Assembly (NCBI GenBank): GCA_003331265.1
Contig: QOPV01000001.1
Span: 54,489 to 118,488, forward strand
Origin: Cryomorphaceae bacterium
GTDB taxonomy: Bacteria; Bacteroidota; Bacteroidia; Flavobacteriales; Flavobacteriaceae
Direction of reading: 5' to 3'
Length of the DNA: 64,000 nucleotides
The translations under genes and the position numbers were made by a program. This document shows positions 26,454 to 35,990 of the stretch, in pieces (positions within the stretch are counted from its first letter, which is position 1; each line of letters opens with the position of its first letter). The notes beneath the pieces were generated by a model. It was given only the letters and a program-made list of their open reading frames with translations. It did not search any database and was not told where the DNA came from.

Positions 26454-28844
26454 TTAAAATTTAAAATTATAAGTTATGCTTGGAACAATTCCGAAAATTG
26501 ATAATTGAATTGCTTCATTTTTCTGAGTTTTATCATTTTGTTTAAACGATATGGAATTTGCATTATCTCTGTCATAGATATTATAAAAGCCAAATACCCA
26601 TTCACTTTTAAAGATTCTTTTTTTGTTTTTAGCAGGAATTAGAGTTAGAGATATATCAAGCCTGTGGTAATTTGGAAGTCTATTTGAATTACGCTTTCCA
26701 TAATTTGGTATGATTAGATCCATGTAAGTATATTGACCAGTAGGATAATTAATTGGTTGGCCTGTTTGAAATATAAAATTAGTATTAAAGGTAAGTTTAT
26801 CATTTAATTTAAAATTTGAAACAAAACTAAAATCGTGAGTTTTATCATAACCAGTCTTATACCAGTTTCCTTTATTAATTCCAGTTTCAATTGAATTCCT
26901 TCCAGATGTTTTTTGTTCGGATTTAGAAATTGTATATCCAAGCCAATAATTGTGTCTTCCTTCATTCTTTTTAAATAAAAACTCCAATCCATATGCTCTA
27001 GCTTTTCCAGCCAATAAGACTCTTTCCACAGCTGAATTAGCAACTAAATCAGCTCCTGGAATATAATCCAGTCTATTTTTAATTTTTTTATAAAAAACTT
27101 CAGTTTCTAATTTGTTTCCATTTTTTAATTTAGAGTGGTAACCTAAAGCTAATTGATCTAATTGTTGTGGTTTTAAGTAAGGTCCGCTAGGAGCCCAAAT
27201 ATCTAGTGGAGCAGGTGCATTGGTATTAGATATTAAATGAATATATTGATTTAATCTGTTGTAGCTTGCCTTTATAGATTGATTTTTAAAATTATATGAT
27301 AAATTAAATCGCGGTTCGATATTATAAAATGATTTAATGGTTTTTGAGTTATCTGGATTTAGGTATTTTCCGATTATTTCGCCCTCTTTGTAAATACCAA
27401 GATTTTGATCAAAACTTACAGGGTTGTCGTTTAAATATCTGTTCAGACCATCTTGTCTAAATCTTAAAAATTGATTTAATCTTAAACCATATCGAAAAGA
27501 TATTTTTGTAGAAGGTTTATGGACTACATCAAAATAAGCTGCATTTTCCAAAGCAAACTTTCTTTCAAGTATTGTAAAATTGATACCTGATTGGTTAATT
27601 GGACTGATTTCACCAGGATTAAACTCATAATAAATAGAATTTAATCCATAGTTGAATTGTATTTTATTGGAGTAATAATTTTTTAAATCAAACTTGATAT
27701 TTAAATTTTTAATTCCCGAATTCCAATCAAACCCAACAAAGTTTAGAGTTAAACCATAATAGTAATCACTAAAAATTAAAGAAGTATTAGAAAATGTTTT
27801 TTCATTAATTAAATGATTCCACCTTAAATTAAAAGTAGAATTTCCGTAAGTATTAGAAAATGTATTGCTAAGTTTAAATTTATCTCTACCAAAATATCCT
27901 GAAAAATATAAGGTATTGTTTTTATCTATTTTATAGTTTGATTTAGTATTAATGTCATAAAAATAAGCTATGTTTTCAATATCAGTAAATTTCAAAAAAA
28001 GGTGAGCATATGAGCCTCTTGTTGCAATTAGGTAAGATCCTTTATCCTTTTTAATTGGGCCTTCACCCAGTATTCTACTAGAAATTAATCCAATTCCTCC
28101 ACTTAAATTATGTTTTTTGCTATTCCCATCTTTTTGATATACATCCAAAACCGAAGAAAGTCTCCCCCCATATGAAGACGGTATGCCTCCCTTAAAAAGT
28201 TTAACTTCTTTAATTGCATCAGAATTAAAAATAGAAAATAGACCAAATAAGTGTGATGAACTGTATATTATGGCTTCATCAAATAAAATTAAATTTTGAT
28301 CTGCAGCACCACCTCGAACATTAAATCCACCTGTACCTTCTCCTGCATTTGATACACCCGGAAGTAATTGAATAGTTTTTAAAACATCAGATTCTCCAAA
28401 TAGCACCGGAGTTTGTTTAATAGTTTGATTAGATAAGATATTTAAGCTCATGATAGGTTTAGTGATATCTATCTCCTCTAGATCTTTAACGACAATAACT
28501 TCTTCTAAATTCTCAATATTTTCAGATAAGAAAAATGTAGTATTTATATTTTTTATTATGTTAATTTCTGTAGAAATATTCTTGTAACCTAAAGAACTTA
28601 TTTGAACTTCATAGTTTCCTTTTGGGACTGTAATTGAAAAAAACCCATAAGTATTTGTAATTGTTCCTACATTAATACTCGGAACAATAATGTTTGCTCC
28701 AATTATGGATTCATTACTGTTTTCATCTAAAACATAGCCATTTAGAGTAAAGTTTTCTTGTGAATAGTTTGTGAGAAAAAAAAATATTAATATTAACTTT
28801 AGATAGGTAAATTTTAAATGATACATAAACAAGTTTATTATCAA
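26454..28844 (-). CDS. TonB-dependent outer-membrane receptor with N-terminal carboxypeptidase-regulatory-like domain
   Basis: 796 aa. N-terminal FTLNGYVLDENSNESIIGANI (CarboxypepD_reg-like). Plug region with VLKTIQLLPGV and GGFNVRGG. Long beta-barrel ending in an aromatic residue (...TYNFKF). Confidence 0.8.
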   Translation of the reverse strand: MIINLFMYHLKFTYLKLILIFFFLTNYSQENFTLNGYVLDENSNESIIGANIIVPSINVGTITNTYGFFSITVPKGNYEVQISSLGYKNISTEINIIKNINTTFFLSENIENLEEVIVVKDLEEIDITKPIMSLNILSNQTIKQTPVLFGESDVLKTIQLLPGVSNAGEGTGGFNVRGGAADQNLILFDEAIIYSSSHLFGLFSIFNSDAIKEVKLFKGGIPSSYGGRLSSVLDVYQKDGNSKKHNLSGGIGLISSRILGEGPIKKDKGSYLIATRGSYAHLFLKFTDIENIAYFYDINTKSNYKIDKNNTLYFSGYFGRDKFKLSNTFSNTYGNSTFNLRWNHLINEKTFSNTSLIFSDYYYGLTLNFVGFDWNSGIKNLNIKFDLKNYYSNKIQFNYGLNSIYYEFNPGEISPINQSGINFTILERKFALENAAYFDVVHKPSTKISFRYGLRLNQFLRFRQDGLNRYLNDNPVSFDQNLGIYKEGEIIGKYLNPDNSKTIKSFYNIEPRFNLSYNFKNQSIKASYNRLNQYIHLISNTNAPAPLDIWAPSGPYLKPQQLDQLALGYHSKLKNGNKLETEVFYKKIKNRLDYIPGADLVANSAVERVLLAGKARAYGLEFLFKKNEGRHNYWLGYTISKSEQKTSGRNSIETGINKGNWYKTGYDKTHDFSFVSNFKLNDKLTFNTNFIFQTGQPINYPTGQYTYMDLIIPNYGKRNSNRLPNYHRLDISLTLIPAKNKKRIFKSEWVFGFYNIYDRDNANSISFKQNDKTQKNEAIQLSIFGIVPSITYNFKF

Positions 28845-28879
28845 TAAAACGGCAATAATAATGCCATAAATGAGAAAAA

Positions 28880-30106
28880 TTACTTAAGTTTTAATTCAAG
28901 ATTTTGTTTTATAGCATCTAAAAATTCTTGAGTGTTTAAATAATGAGATCTATTTAGTTCCTCACCATGAATTAAAATAGCAAGATCTTTAGTCATTTTT
29001 CCACTTTCAACTGTTTTAATACATACTGATTCTAGAGCTTGACAAAAATCAACTAAATCAGAGTTTTCATCTAATTTTCCTCTGTGAGCAAGCCCTCTAG
29101 TCCAAGCAAATATAGATGCGATTGGATTAGTAGATGTTTCATTACCTTTTTTATGTTCTCTGTAATGTCTTGTTACGGTACCATGAGCAGCTTCTGCTTC
29201 CATTGTCTTACCATCAGGTGTAACAAGGGTAGAAGTCATAAGTCCTAATGACCCGAATCCTTGTGCAACGGTATCTGATTGAACATCTCCGTCATAATTT
29301 TTACACGCCCAAACAAACCCACCATTCCATTTCATTGCAGCTGCAACCATGTCATCGATTAATCTATGCTCATATGTAATACCTGCCTTTTCAAATTTAT
29401 CTTTAAATTCTGTTGTATAAACTTCATGAAAAATGTCTTTAAACCTGCCATCGTAAGCTTTTAATATAGTGTTTTTGGTGGATAGGTATAACGGCCAGTT
29501 TTTTGTTAAAGCTTGATTCATACATGATCTAGCAAAACCAAAAATAGATGAATCAATATTATACATACTCATTGCGACACCATCTTCTTGAAAATTATAA
29601 ACTTCCCATGATTTTACAGGGTCACCATTTTCAGGTGTGAATGTCATTATAAGTTTTCCTTTACCATGAGTAACAATATCCGTAGCCTTGTACTGATCTC
29701 CAAAAGCATGCCTTCCAATACAAATAGGTTTAACCCATCCTTGAACATATCTAGGTACATTACTCATAATTATAGGTTCTCTAAAGACAGTGCCTCCAAC
29801 GATATTTCTTATAGTTCCATTAGGTGATCTCCACATTTTCTTGAGAGTAAATTCTTTCACTCTATCTTCATCAGGTGTAATTGTGGCGCATTTAATACCC
29901 ACATTATATTTTTTAATTGCTTCAGCGGAATCAATTGTAACTTGATCGTCAGTAAAATCTCTATTTTTAACTCCTAAATCAAAGTACTTTATTTCTAGAT
30001 CTAGGTATGGGAGAATAAGTTTAGATTTGATGAAATCCCAGATTATTCTAGTCATTTCATCGCCATCTAGTTCTACTACTGGATTTTTAACGATAATTTT
30101 TTTCAT
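28880..30106 (-). CDS. icd: NADP-dependent isocitrate dehydrogenase (type II, eukaryote-like homodimeric subfamily)
   Basis: The N-terminus [26 protein letters not shown] and the motifs [10 protein letters not shown] and NYDGDVQSD are typical of the IDH1/2-like subfamily. Confidence 0.9.
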   Translation of the reverse strand: MKKIIVKNPVVELDGDEMTRIIWDFIKSKLILPYLDLEIKYFDLGVKNRDFTDDQVTIDSAEAIKKYNVGIKCATITPDEDRVKEFTLKKMWRSPNGTIRNIVGGTVFREPIIMSNVPRYVQGWVKPICIGRHAFGDQYKATDIVTHGKGKLIMTFTPENGDPVKSWEVYNFQEDGVAMSMYNIDSSIFGFARSCMNQALTKNWPLYLSTKNTILKAYDGRFKDIFHEVYTTEFKDKFEKAGITYEHRLIDDMVAAAMKWNGGFVWACKNYDGDVQSDTVAQGFGSLGLMTSTLVTPDGKTMEAEAAHGTVTRHYREHKKGNETSTNPIASIFAWTRGLAHRGKLDENSDLVDFCQALESVCIKTVESGKMTKDLAILIHGEELNRSHYLNTQEFLDAIKQNLELKLK

Positions 30107-30120
30107 GAAAAGATGTGAAA

Positions 30121-30471
30121 TTAAACTTTAATCTCTTTAATTCTAGCTTTTTTACCTCTTAATTCTCTGAAATAATAAATTCTAGATCTTCTAACTTTAC
30201 CTCTTTTATTTATTTCAATTTTTTGAATGGTAGGTAAATTAATTGGAAAAATTCTTTCAATACCAATAGTACCAGACATTTTTCTGATGGTAAAGGTTTT
30301 AGTTAATCCAGTTCCTTTAATTTGAATAACAACTCCTTTGAAAAACTGAGTACGAACTTTTTCACCCTCTCTAATTTCATAAAAAACTGTTATTGTATCT
30401 CCTGATTTGAAATTTGGGATTTCTTTCTTCGTTACAAATTCATCTTGCACGAATTTTACTAAAGATTCCAT
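30121..30471 (-). CDS. rplS: 50S ribosomal protein L19
   Basis: Start moved to [12 protein letters not shown] (ATG at 30471). [30 protein letters not shown] is canonical L19. Confidence 0.92.
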   Translation of the reverse strand: MESLVKFVQDEFVTKKEIPNFKSGDTITVFYEIREGEKVRTQFFKGVVIQIKGTGLTKTFTIRKMSGTIGIERIFPINLPTIQKIEINKRGKVRRSRIYYFRELRGKKARIKEIKV

Positions 30472-30576
30472 TGTGTAAAATTTAAATTTAAGTGATACAA
30501 CATTCACGATTATCGTCAGCGGTTACACCAATTGGTTTGCGAATTTACTATTTTTTTTTCTTTCAGAGAAATTTAA

Positions 30577-31254
30577 CTAATTAAAAAAATTTGGTCTAAT
30601 TTTTTTTGTTCTTTCAATTGCTTTTTCTTCTCGCCACTTGTCTATTTTAGCTTTATCACCAGAAAGTAAAATTTGAGGAACGTTAATGTTTTCAAAATTT
30701 GCAGGTCTTGTGTAGACTGGTGGAGCTAGAATACCATCTTGAAAGGAATCAGTAAGAGCAGAGGTTTCATTTCCCAATACACCAGGAATTAATCTGATTA
30801 TTGAGTCACATAAAACTGCTGCTGGAAGTTCCCCACCTGAAAGGACGTAGTCTCCTATTGAAATTTCCATTGTTACTAGGTTATCTCTTACTCTCTGATC
30901 AACACCCTTGTAATGACCACACAAAATAATTAAATTCCCTTTAATCGAAAGTTTATTAGCTATTTTTTGATTTAATATCTCTGCATCAGGCGTCATATAA
31001 ATAACTTCTTTATAGTCCCTTTGATTTTTTAAATTATCAATACATTTTTTAATTGGCTCTATCATCATTACCATTCCCGATCCACCACCAAACTGATAAT
31101 CATCAACTTGCTTTCTTCTTTTATTTGCATAATCTTTTAAATCATGAAAGTGAATTTCAACAATTTTTTTTTCAATGGCCCTTTTGATAATTGAGGCATT
31201 AAATGGACTTTCAATTAGCTTAGGTAAAACACTTATAATATCAATTCTTACCAT
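30577..31254 (-). CDS. trmD: tRNA (guanine37-N1)-methyltransferase
   Basis: RIDIISVLPKL at the N-terminus, CGHYKGVDQRV, and SIGDYVLSGGELPA motifs. Confidence 0.9.
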   Translation of the reverse strand: MVRIDIISVLPKLIESPFNASIIKRAIEKKIVEIHFHDLKDYANKRRKQVDDYQFGGGSGMVMMIEPIKKCIDNLKNQRDYKEVIYMTPDAEILNQKIANKLSIKGNLIILCGHYKGVDQRVRDNLVTMEISIGDYVLSGGELPAAVLCDSIIRLIPGVLGNETSALTDSFQDGILAPPVYTRPANFENINVPQILLSGDKAKIDKWREEKAIERTKKIRPNFFN

Positions 31255-31257
31255 AAT

Positions 31258-32664
31258 TTATTCAAAAATCAGTTTCTCTTTTTCTCCATCTGGACTTACA
31301 AAAGTTATTTGACTGATTTTAGTGTCATTTTTAAAACTTTCAATGTCAGAAGTATTTTTAATTGATTCTCCATTTATTTCAGTTAACACATAACCTGGGC
31401 TAATTCCCATTCTATAGAGTGTATTATTTCTGTGATTTAACACTTTAACTCCGTTTTTTAAATCTAACATTTCTAATTCATTTTTAGACATATTCTTCAA
31501 TTGCATACCATAGAATTCAATATTTTCATTTTTTTCTAATACTACTTTTAGTTTTAATTTATTATTTTCTCTAACAATACCTACCAATATTTCATCTCCG
31601 GGTCTTTTAGTGCTTAAATAGCCTGATAAGTCAGAAAACTTTGATATTTCTAAATTGTCTAAACTTAGAATAACATCACCTTTTTTTATACCTGCCATGG
31701 CAGCTCCCATTGTAGGTTCAACATCGTTAACATAAAAACCCTCTGTTAAATTTATATTTAAGTCGTCAGCATTTTTGGAGTTGAGTCCAAAGCCTGTAAC
31801 TCCTAATAGTCCTTTTTGAACATTTCCAAATTCAATTATATCTTCAAATATTTTTCTAGCTACGTTACTTGGAACAGCAAAAGAGTAACCTACAAATCCT
31901 CCAGTTCCACTTGTAATAGCTGTATTAATGCCAATCAAATCACCATTAGTATTAACAAGGGCTCCACCACTATTTCCTGAATTAACTGCTGCATCTGTTT
32001 GTATAAAGGATTGGTTTTTAGAATCGTAATCGTTCAGATCTCTTGATTTCGCACTTATAATCCCTGCAGTAACAGTTGAAGTTAAGTTATAGGGGTTTCC
32101 AACAGCAAGAACCCATTCCCCAATTTTAGTTTGATCGGAATCAGCAAACCTTATGTAGGGAAACTTTTCTTTGCTGTCAATTTTTAAAACAGCAATATCT
32201 GCGACTTCATCTGAACCAATTAAATCCGCTTTATAACTTTTATTATTATTTGTAGTCACTTCAATAGTTGTTGCATCTTCAATTACATGATTATTTGTAA
32301 TTATATATCCATCCTTTGAAATTATTACACCTGAACCCATACCAACTCTGGTTCTGTTATTTTGATTATTATTGAAATAGTCCCAAACTGATGAAGGTCC
32401 ACTAGAAATACTAGTGTTTTTTACATGAACAACAGAGTTAATAGTTTTTTCTGCTGCCACAGTAAAATCTATATTGGAATTAGATTTTATTGAAGGGCTT
32501 GGATCATAAGAAATATTTACCATTTTATTTTCAGAAAACGAGTTTTTTGAAGGTAAGTTATGATCAAAACTTAAATTGTGAATTAATAGAGCTATAACCC
32601 CGCCAATCACGGATAATGATACAGGAACAATAATTTTTTTCATTTTATTAATAATTTTATTCAA
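31258..32664 (-). CDS. HtrA/DegP-family periplasmic serine protease with two PDZ domains
   Basis: Catalytic triad context (TNNHVI, DIAVLKI, GNSGGALVN). It has an N-terminal TM/signal segment and two PDZ-like regions. Confidence 0.85.
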   Translation of the reverse strand: MNKIINKMKKIIVPVSLSVIGGVIALLIHNLSFDHNLPSKNSFSENKMVNISYDPSPSIKSNSNIDFTVAAEKTINSVVHVKNTSISSGPSSVWDYFNNNQNNRTRVGMGSGVIISKDGYIITNNHVIEDATTIEVTTNNNKSYKADLIGSDEVADIAVLKIDSKEKFPYIRFADSDQTKIGEWVLAVGNPYNLTSTVTAGIISAKSRDLNDYDSKNQSFIQTDAAVNSGNSGGALVNTNGDLIGINTAITSGTGGFVGYSFAVPSNVARKIFEDIIEFGNVQKGLLGVTGFGLNSKNADDLNINLTEGFYVNDVEPTMGAAMAGIKKGDVILSLDNLEISKFSDLSGYLSTKRPGDEILVGIVRENNKLKLKVVLEKNENIEFYGMQLKNMSKNELEMLDLKNGVKVLNHRNNTLYRMGISPGYVLTEINGESIKNTSDIESFKNDTKISQITFVSPDGEKEKLIFE

Positions 32665-32748
32665 AATTAAATTTTTAAATTATAGAAAAATATATTTTAA
32701 CTACTTTTTAACAGCATTTACTTTTTTTTATCTTCGCTAATTATTAAA

Positions 32749-33528
32749 ATGAAAATTAAATTTCAAAAATATCAAGGTACAGGAAATGATTTTATTATTA
32801 TTGATAATAAGTCTTTAGATTTTCCGATCCAAAACAGTAGTCTTATTAATCGTCTTTGTAATAGAAAATTTGGTATAGGTTCTGATGGTTTAATTATTAT
32901 AAACCCCTCTGAAAATACAGATTTTGAGATGTTATATTTTAATTCAGATGGAAAACTAGGTTCAATGTGTGGTAACGGAGCAAGATGTTCTGTGAAGTTT
33001 GCTCAAACTAATAATATCATTAAGAAGGAAACAATATTTAGTGCATATGATGGAAATCATAGTGCTACAATATTTGATCATAATGTTTCTCTTTCTATGA
33101 TAGATGTTGAGGTTATTAAAACTTATGGCAAGGACTTGTTTTTAGATACAGGCTCTCCACATTATGTCAAAATTGTAGAAAGTCTTGATAATTTTAACGT
33201 TATAAATGAAGGTAAAAAAATAAGAAATAGTAATGAATTTATTAATAATGGGGTTAATGTCAATTTTGTTAAAATATTATCTGAAAGGGAATTTGAAGTT
33301 AGGACTTACGAGAGGGGTGTAGAGGGGGAGACTCTTTCTTGTGGGACTGGTGTTACTGCTGTAGCTTTGGCTATGTTTAATTCTGGGAAAACAGATTCTA
33401 AAAAAGTTAAAATAAAAACAAAAGGTGGAGAATTGTTCGTTGAATTTGACACTAACGGAGAAAGGTATTTTGATATTAAATTAACTGGAGGAGTTAAAAT
33501 GATATTTTCAGGTGAAATAAATATATAA
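32749..33528 (+). CDS. dapF: Diaminopimelate epimerase
   Basis: FQKYQGTGNDFIIID at the N-terminus. Both catalytic Cys contexts are present (SMCGNGARC and LSCGTG). Confidence 0.87.
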   Translation: MKIKFQKYQGTGNDFIIIDNKSLDFPIQNSSLINRLCNRKFGIGSDGLIIINPSENTDFEMLYFNSDGKLGSMCGNGARCSVKFAQTNNIIKKETIFSAYDGNHSATIFDHNVSLSMIDVEVIKTYGKDLFLDTGSPHYVKIVESLDNFNVINEGKKIRNSNEFINNGVNVNFVKILSEREFEVRTYERGVEGETLSCGTGVTAVALAMFNSGKTDSKKVKIKTKGGELFVEFDTNGERYFDIKLTGGVKMIFSGEINI

Positions 33529-34581
33529 ATGGTAAACGAAAAATTATACAAAACAATTATCTACATAGGATTACTAAGTTCTTTATTTATATCCTCAATG
33601 GTTATTTATAATTATTATAAAACTTACTATTCTGAAAATACAAATTTCAATGAAGAATCTGTTTTTGTTTATATTAAATCTGGATCAGGGTTGGATGCTT
33701 TTAAAAAACAAATTTCAACTTTTATAAAAGACACTTCTACATTTAATAATGCAGCATATAAAACCAAATATGTATTAAATATAAAGGCCGGTAAATATGA
33801 AATTAAAAAAGGATCTAATAATAAAGAAATTATCAATTCTTTAAGATTTAAAAATATACCTGTCAAGGTTATATTTAATAATTTAGAAAGAATAGAAAAT
33901 TTAGCTTCAAAAATTTCAAAATATATAGAAGCCGATAGTCTAAGCTTAATGAAATCTTTTACAAACAAAGATTTTTTGATAAAAAATAATTTGTCTAACG
34001 AATCTGTTTTCGCTATTTTTTTACCAAATACATATGAATTTTATTGGAACACTAGCGCAGATCAATTTAGAGATAAAATGTTAAAACAGTTTAAATTATT
34101 TTGGAATTCATCTAGAAAAACTAAGGCACAATCTTATGGGTTAAATCCGATAGAAGTTTCTGTTTTGGCTTCGATTGTTCAAAGAGAAACACCTAAAGTA
34201 GATGAGAGACCAACTATTTCTGGGGTCTATTACAATAGACTTAAGAAAAGAATGAGATTACAGGCAGATCCAACAGTCGTTTATACAATAAAACAAGAAA
34301 AAGGTTTTGATACAAAAATTAGAAGAGTTTTATACAGAGATTTGAGAATAAAATCTCCTTACAATACTTATTTGAACAAAGGATTACCTCCAGGACCTAT
34401 TTATATGCCAGATATCAGCTCTATAGAGTCAGTTTTAAATTTAGAGAATCATAAGTATTTATTTTTTGTTGCTGATGTGAAAAGACCAGGTTACCATATT
34501 TTTGCAAATACATACTCTCAACATAATAGAAATAAAAGACAATATACTTCGTGGTTAAGGAAAAATAACATAAAGAGGTAA
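33529..34581 (+). CDS. mltG: Endolytic murein transglycosylase MltG (YceG family)
   Basis: N-terminal TM helix. YceG motifs ASIVQRE, LQADPTVVY, YNTYLNKGLPPGPI and HIFA. Confidence 0.85.
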   Translation: MVNEKLYKTIIYIGLLSSLFISSMVIYNYYKTYYSENTNFNEESVFVYIKSGSGLDAFKKQISTFIKDTSTFNNAAYKTKYVLNIKAGKYEIKKGSNNKEIINSLRFKNIPVKVIFNNLERIENLASKISKYIEADSLSLMKSFTNKDFLIKNNLSNESVFAIFLPNTYEFYWNTSADQFRDKMLKQFKLFWNSSRKTKAQSYGLNPIEVSVLASIVQRETPKVDERPTISGVYYNRLKKRMRLQADPTVVYTIKQEKGFDTKIRRVLYRDLRIKSPYNTYLNKGLPPGPIYMPDISSIESVLNLENHKYLFFVADVKRPGYHIFANTYSQHNRNKRQYTSWLRKNNIKR

Positions 34582-34614
34582 CATACTGATTTACAGATAA
34601 TTAAAATTTTATGT

Positions 34615-35271
34615 ATGTTTGCGCAAAATTTTTTTAACTGTAATATGATTATATTAAAAGAATATCGTTTAAAAATTATCATTCCTTTATCCCTGCTTTT
34701 TTTAAATAGCTCTTTTTTTAATCCAGTATTTAAAAGTTCATATGGTAATTTTTCTTCGGATAATTTAGTTTATAGTGTATCATCAAAAAAACATGATTTG
34801 TCAGCAAATATTATTTACTTAAAAAGAGATTTTAACGGATTTAAAGAGTTATTAGCTTTTAAAGAATCAAGAGGAAGGTATTTGTGTGTAAATAAATTTG
34901 GATTTATTGGTAAGTACCAATTTAGTTTAGGTACATTAAACATGTTTAAAGTCCGTAATGGGAAAAAGTTTTTGAATGATCCGGAATTACAAGAAAAAGT
35001 ATTTTTATTAAATGTTCAAAGAAATAAATGGATTCTAAGAAAAGATATTAAATGGTTTAAAGGATCTACTATAAACGGCTCATTAATCACTGAATCTGGA
35101 ATATTAGCTGCCGCTCATTTATCGGGACCAGGTAATGTAAAAAAATATCTTAGAGGAAACGGTAAGGATAACTTTAAAGATGCTTTTGGCACATCTATAT
35201 CGTTTTATATGGACTATTTTAAAAATTACGATTTATCGTTTGTAAAAGAAGTTAGAAACCCTAGAATTTAG
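34615..35271 (+). CDS. Uncharacterised secreted protein, possibly lysozyme-like / SLT-type fold
   Basis: Hydrophobic N-terminus. FKESRGRY ... GFIGKYQF ... AAHLSGPGNVKKYL resembles the Glu-Ser catalytic context and downstream motifs of lytic-transglycosylase-like proteins. The assignment is tentative, and the start could be the internal Met (MIILKEY). Confidence 0.4.
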   Translation: MFAQNFFNCNMIILKEYRLKIIIPLSLLFLNSSFFNPVFKSSYGNFSSDNLVYSVSSKKHDLSANIIYLKRDFNGFKELLAFKESRGRYLCVNKFGFIGKYQFSLGTLNMFKVRNGKKFLNDPELQEKVFLLNVQRNKWILRKDIKWFKGSTINGSLITESGILAAAHLSGPGNVKKYLRGNGKDNFKDAFGTSISFYMDYFKNYDLSFVKEVRNPRI

Positions 35272-35969
35272 AAAGATTGGATTAAAAAAATTGAAGGTCT
35301 TTTATTATATCTAACCTTATTTTTTTTCCAATTTTGTATTGTATCTGTTTTAATTAATTCACTCTCAAGAGTTATATCAGTTGCTACACAAAGTTTAGTG
35401 GAGGGTTTTAAAAATTTTATTAAATCAGAAATTAGATTATCATTTCTGTATGGAGTTTCCATGAAAATTTGTGTAGTGTTTTGAGATTTTTTTTCTAAAA
35501 ATTTTATTTCTTTATTTCTATCACTTTTATCAATAGGTAAGTATCCATTAAATTTAAAGCTTTGACCATTGAATCCTGAAGCCATCAATGCTAATAATAT
35601 TGATGAAGGTCCTACAATTGGAATGACTTTAATTTTAAGTTCATGTGCTATTGAAACAATGCTTGCTCCAGGATCAGCTATTGCAGGACAACCTGCGTCT
35701 GAAATTAAACCCATATTATGTCCTAAAAAACATGGATCTAAAAAATTTTTAAAAGATTCTGTTTTTGTGTATTTATTTAAAGTATTAATAATTATTTCTG
35801 ATTGTTTTTTTTCTGGATATATTTTTTTTATGAAAGCTCTCCCAGGTTTTTCATTTTCGAAAATGAAATGATTTATTTGTTTAATCATTTTTATGATATC
35901 TAAATCATAATTATGATTAGGATTTTCACCTAAATAATTTGGAATTAAGTATAAAGACCCTTTTCCCAT
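35268..35969 (-). CDS. SAM-dependent methyltransferase, tetrapyrrole-methylase fold (RsmI-like)
   Basis: GSLYLIPNYLGE at the N-terminus and SDAGCPAIADPG, a motif typical of the RsmI / TP_methylase family. Confidence 0.68.
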   Translation of the reverse strand: MGKGSLYLIPNYLGENPNHNYDLDIIKMIKQINHFIFENEKPGRAFIKKIYPEKKQSEIIINTLNKYTKTESFKNFLDPCFLGHNMGLISDAGCPAIADPGASIVSIAHELKIKVIPIVGPSSILLALMASGFNGQSFKFNGYLPIDKSDRNKEIKFLEKKSQNTTQIFMETPYRNDNLISDLIKFLKPSTKLCVATDITLESELIKTDTIQNWKKNKVRYNKRPSIFLIQSF

Positions 35970-35990
35970 ATTTTGAGAGCTAGTGATAAT

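Noticed and set aside
28845-28879. Small hairpin (GGCA-N7-TGCC followed by TTTTATT on the minus strand) after icd as a possible terminator
   Set aside because: The stem is only 4 bp and the T-tract is interrupted, which is far below what intrinsic terminators normally show. The receptor gene starts immediately afterwards.
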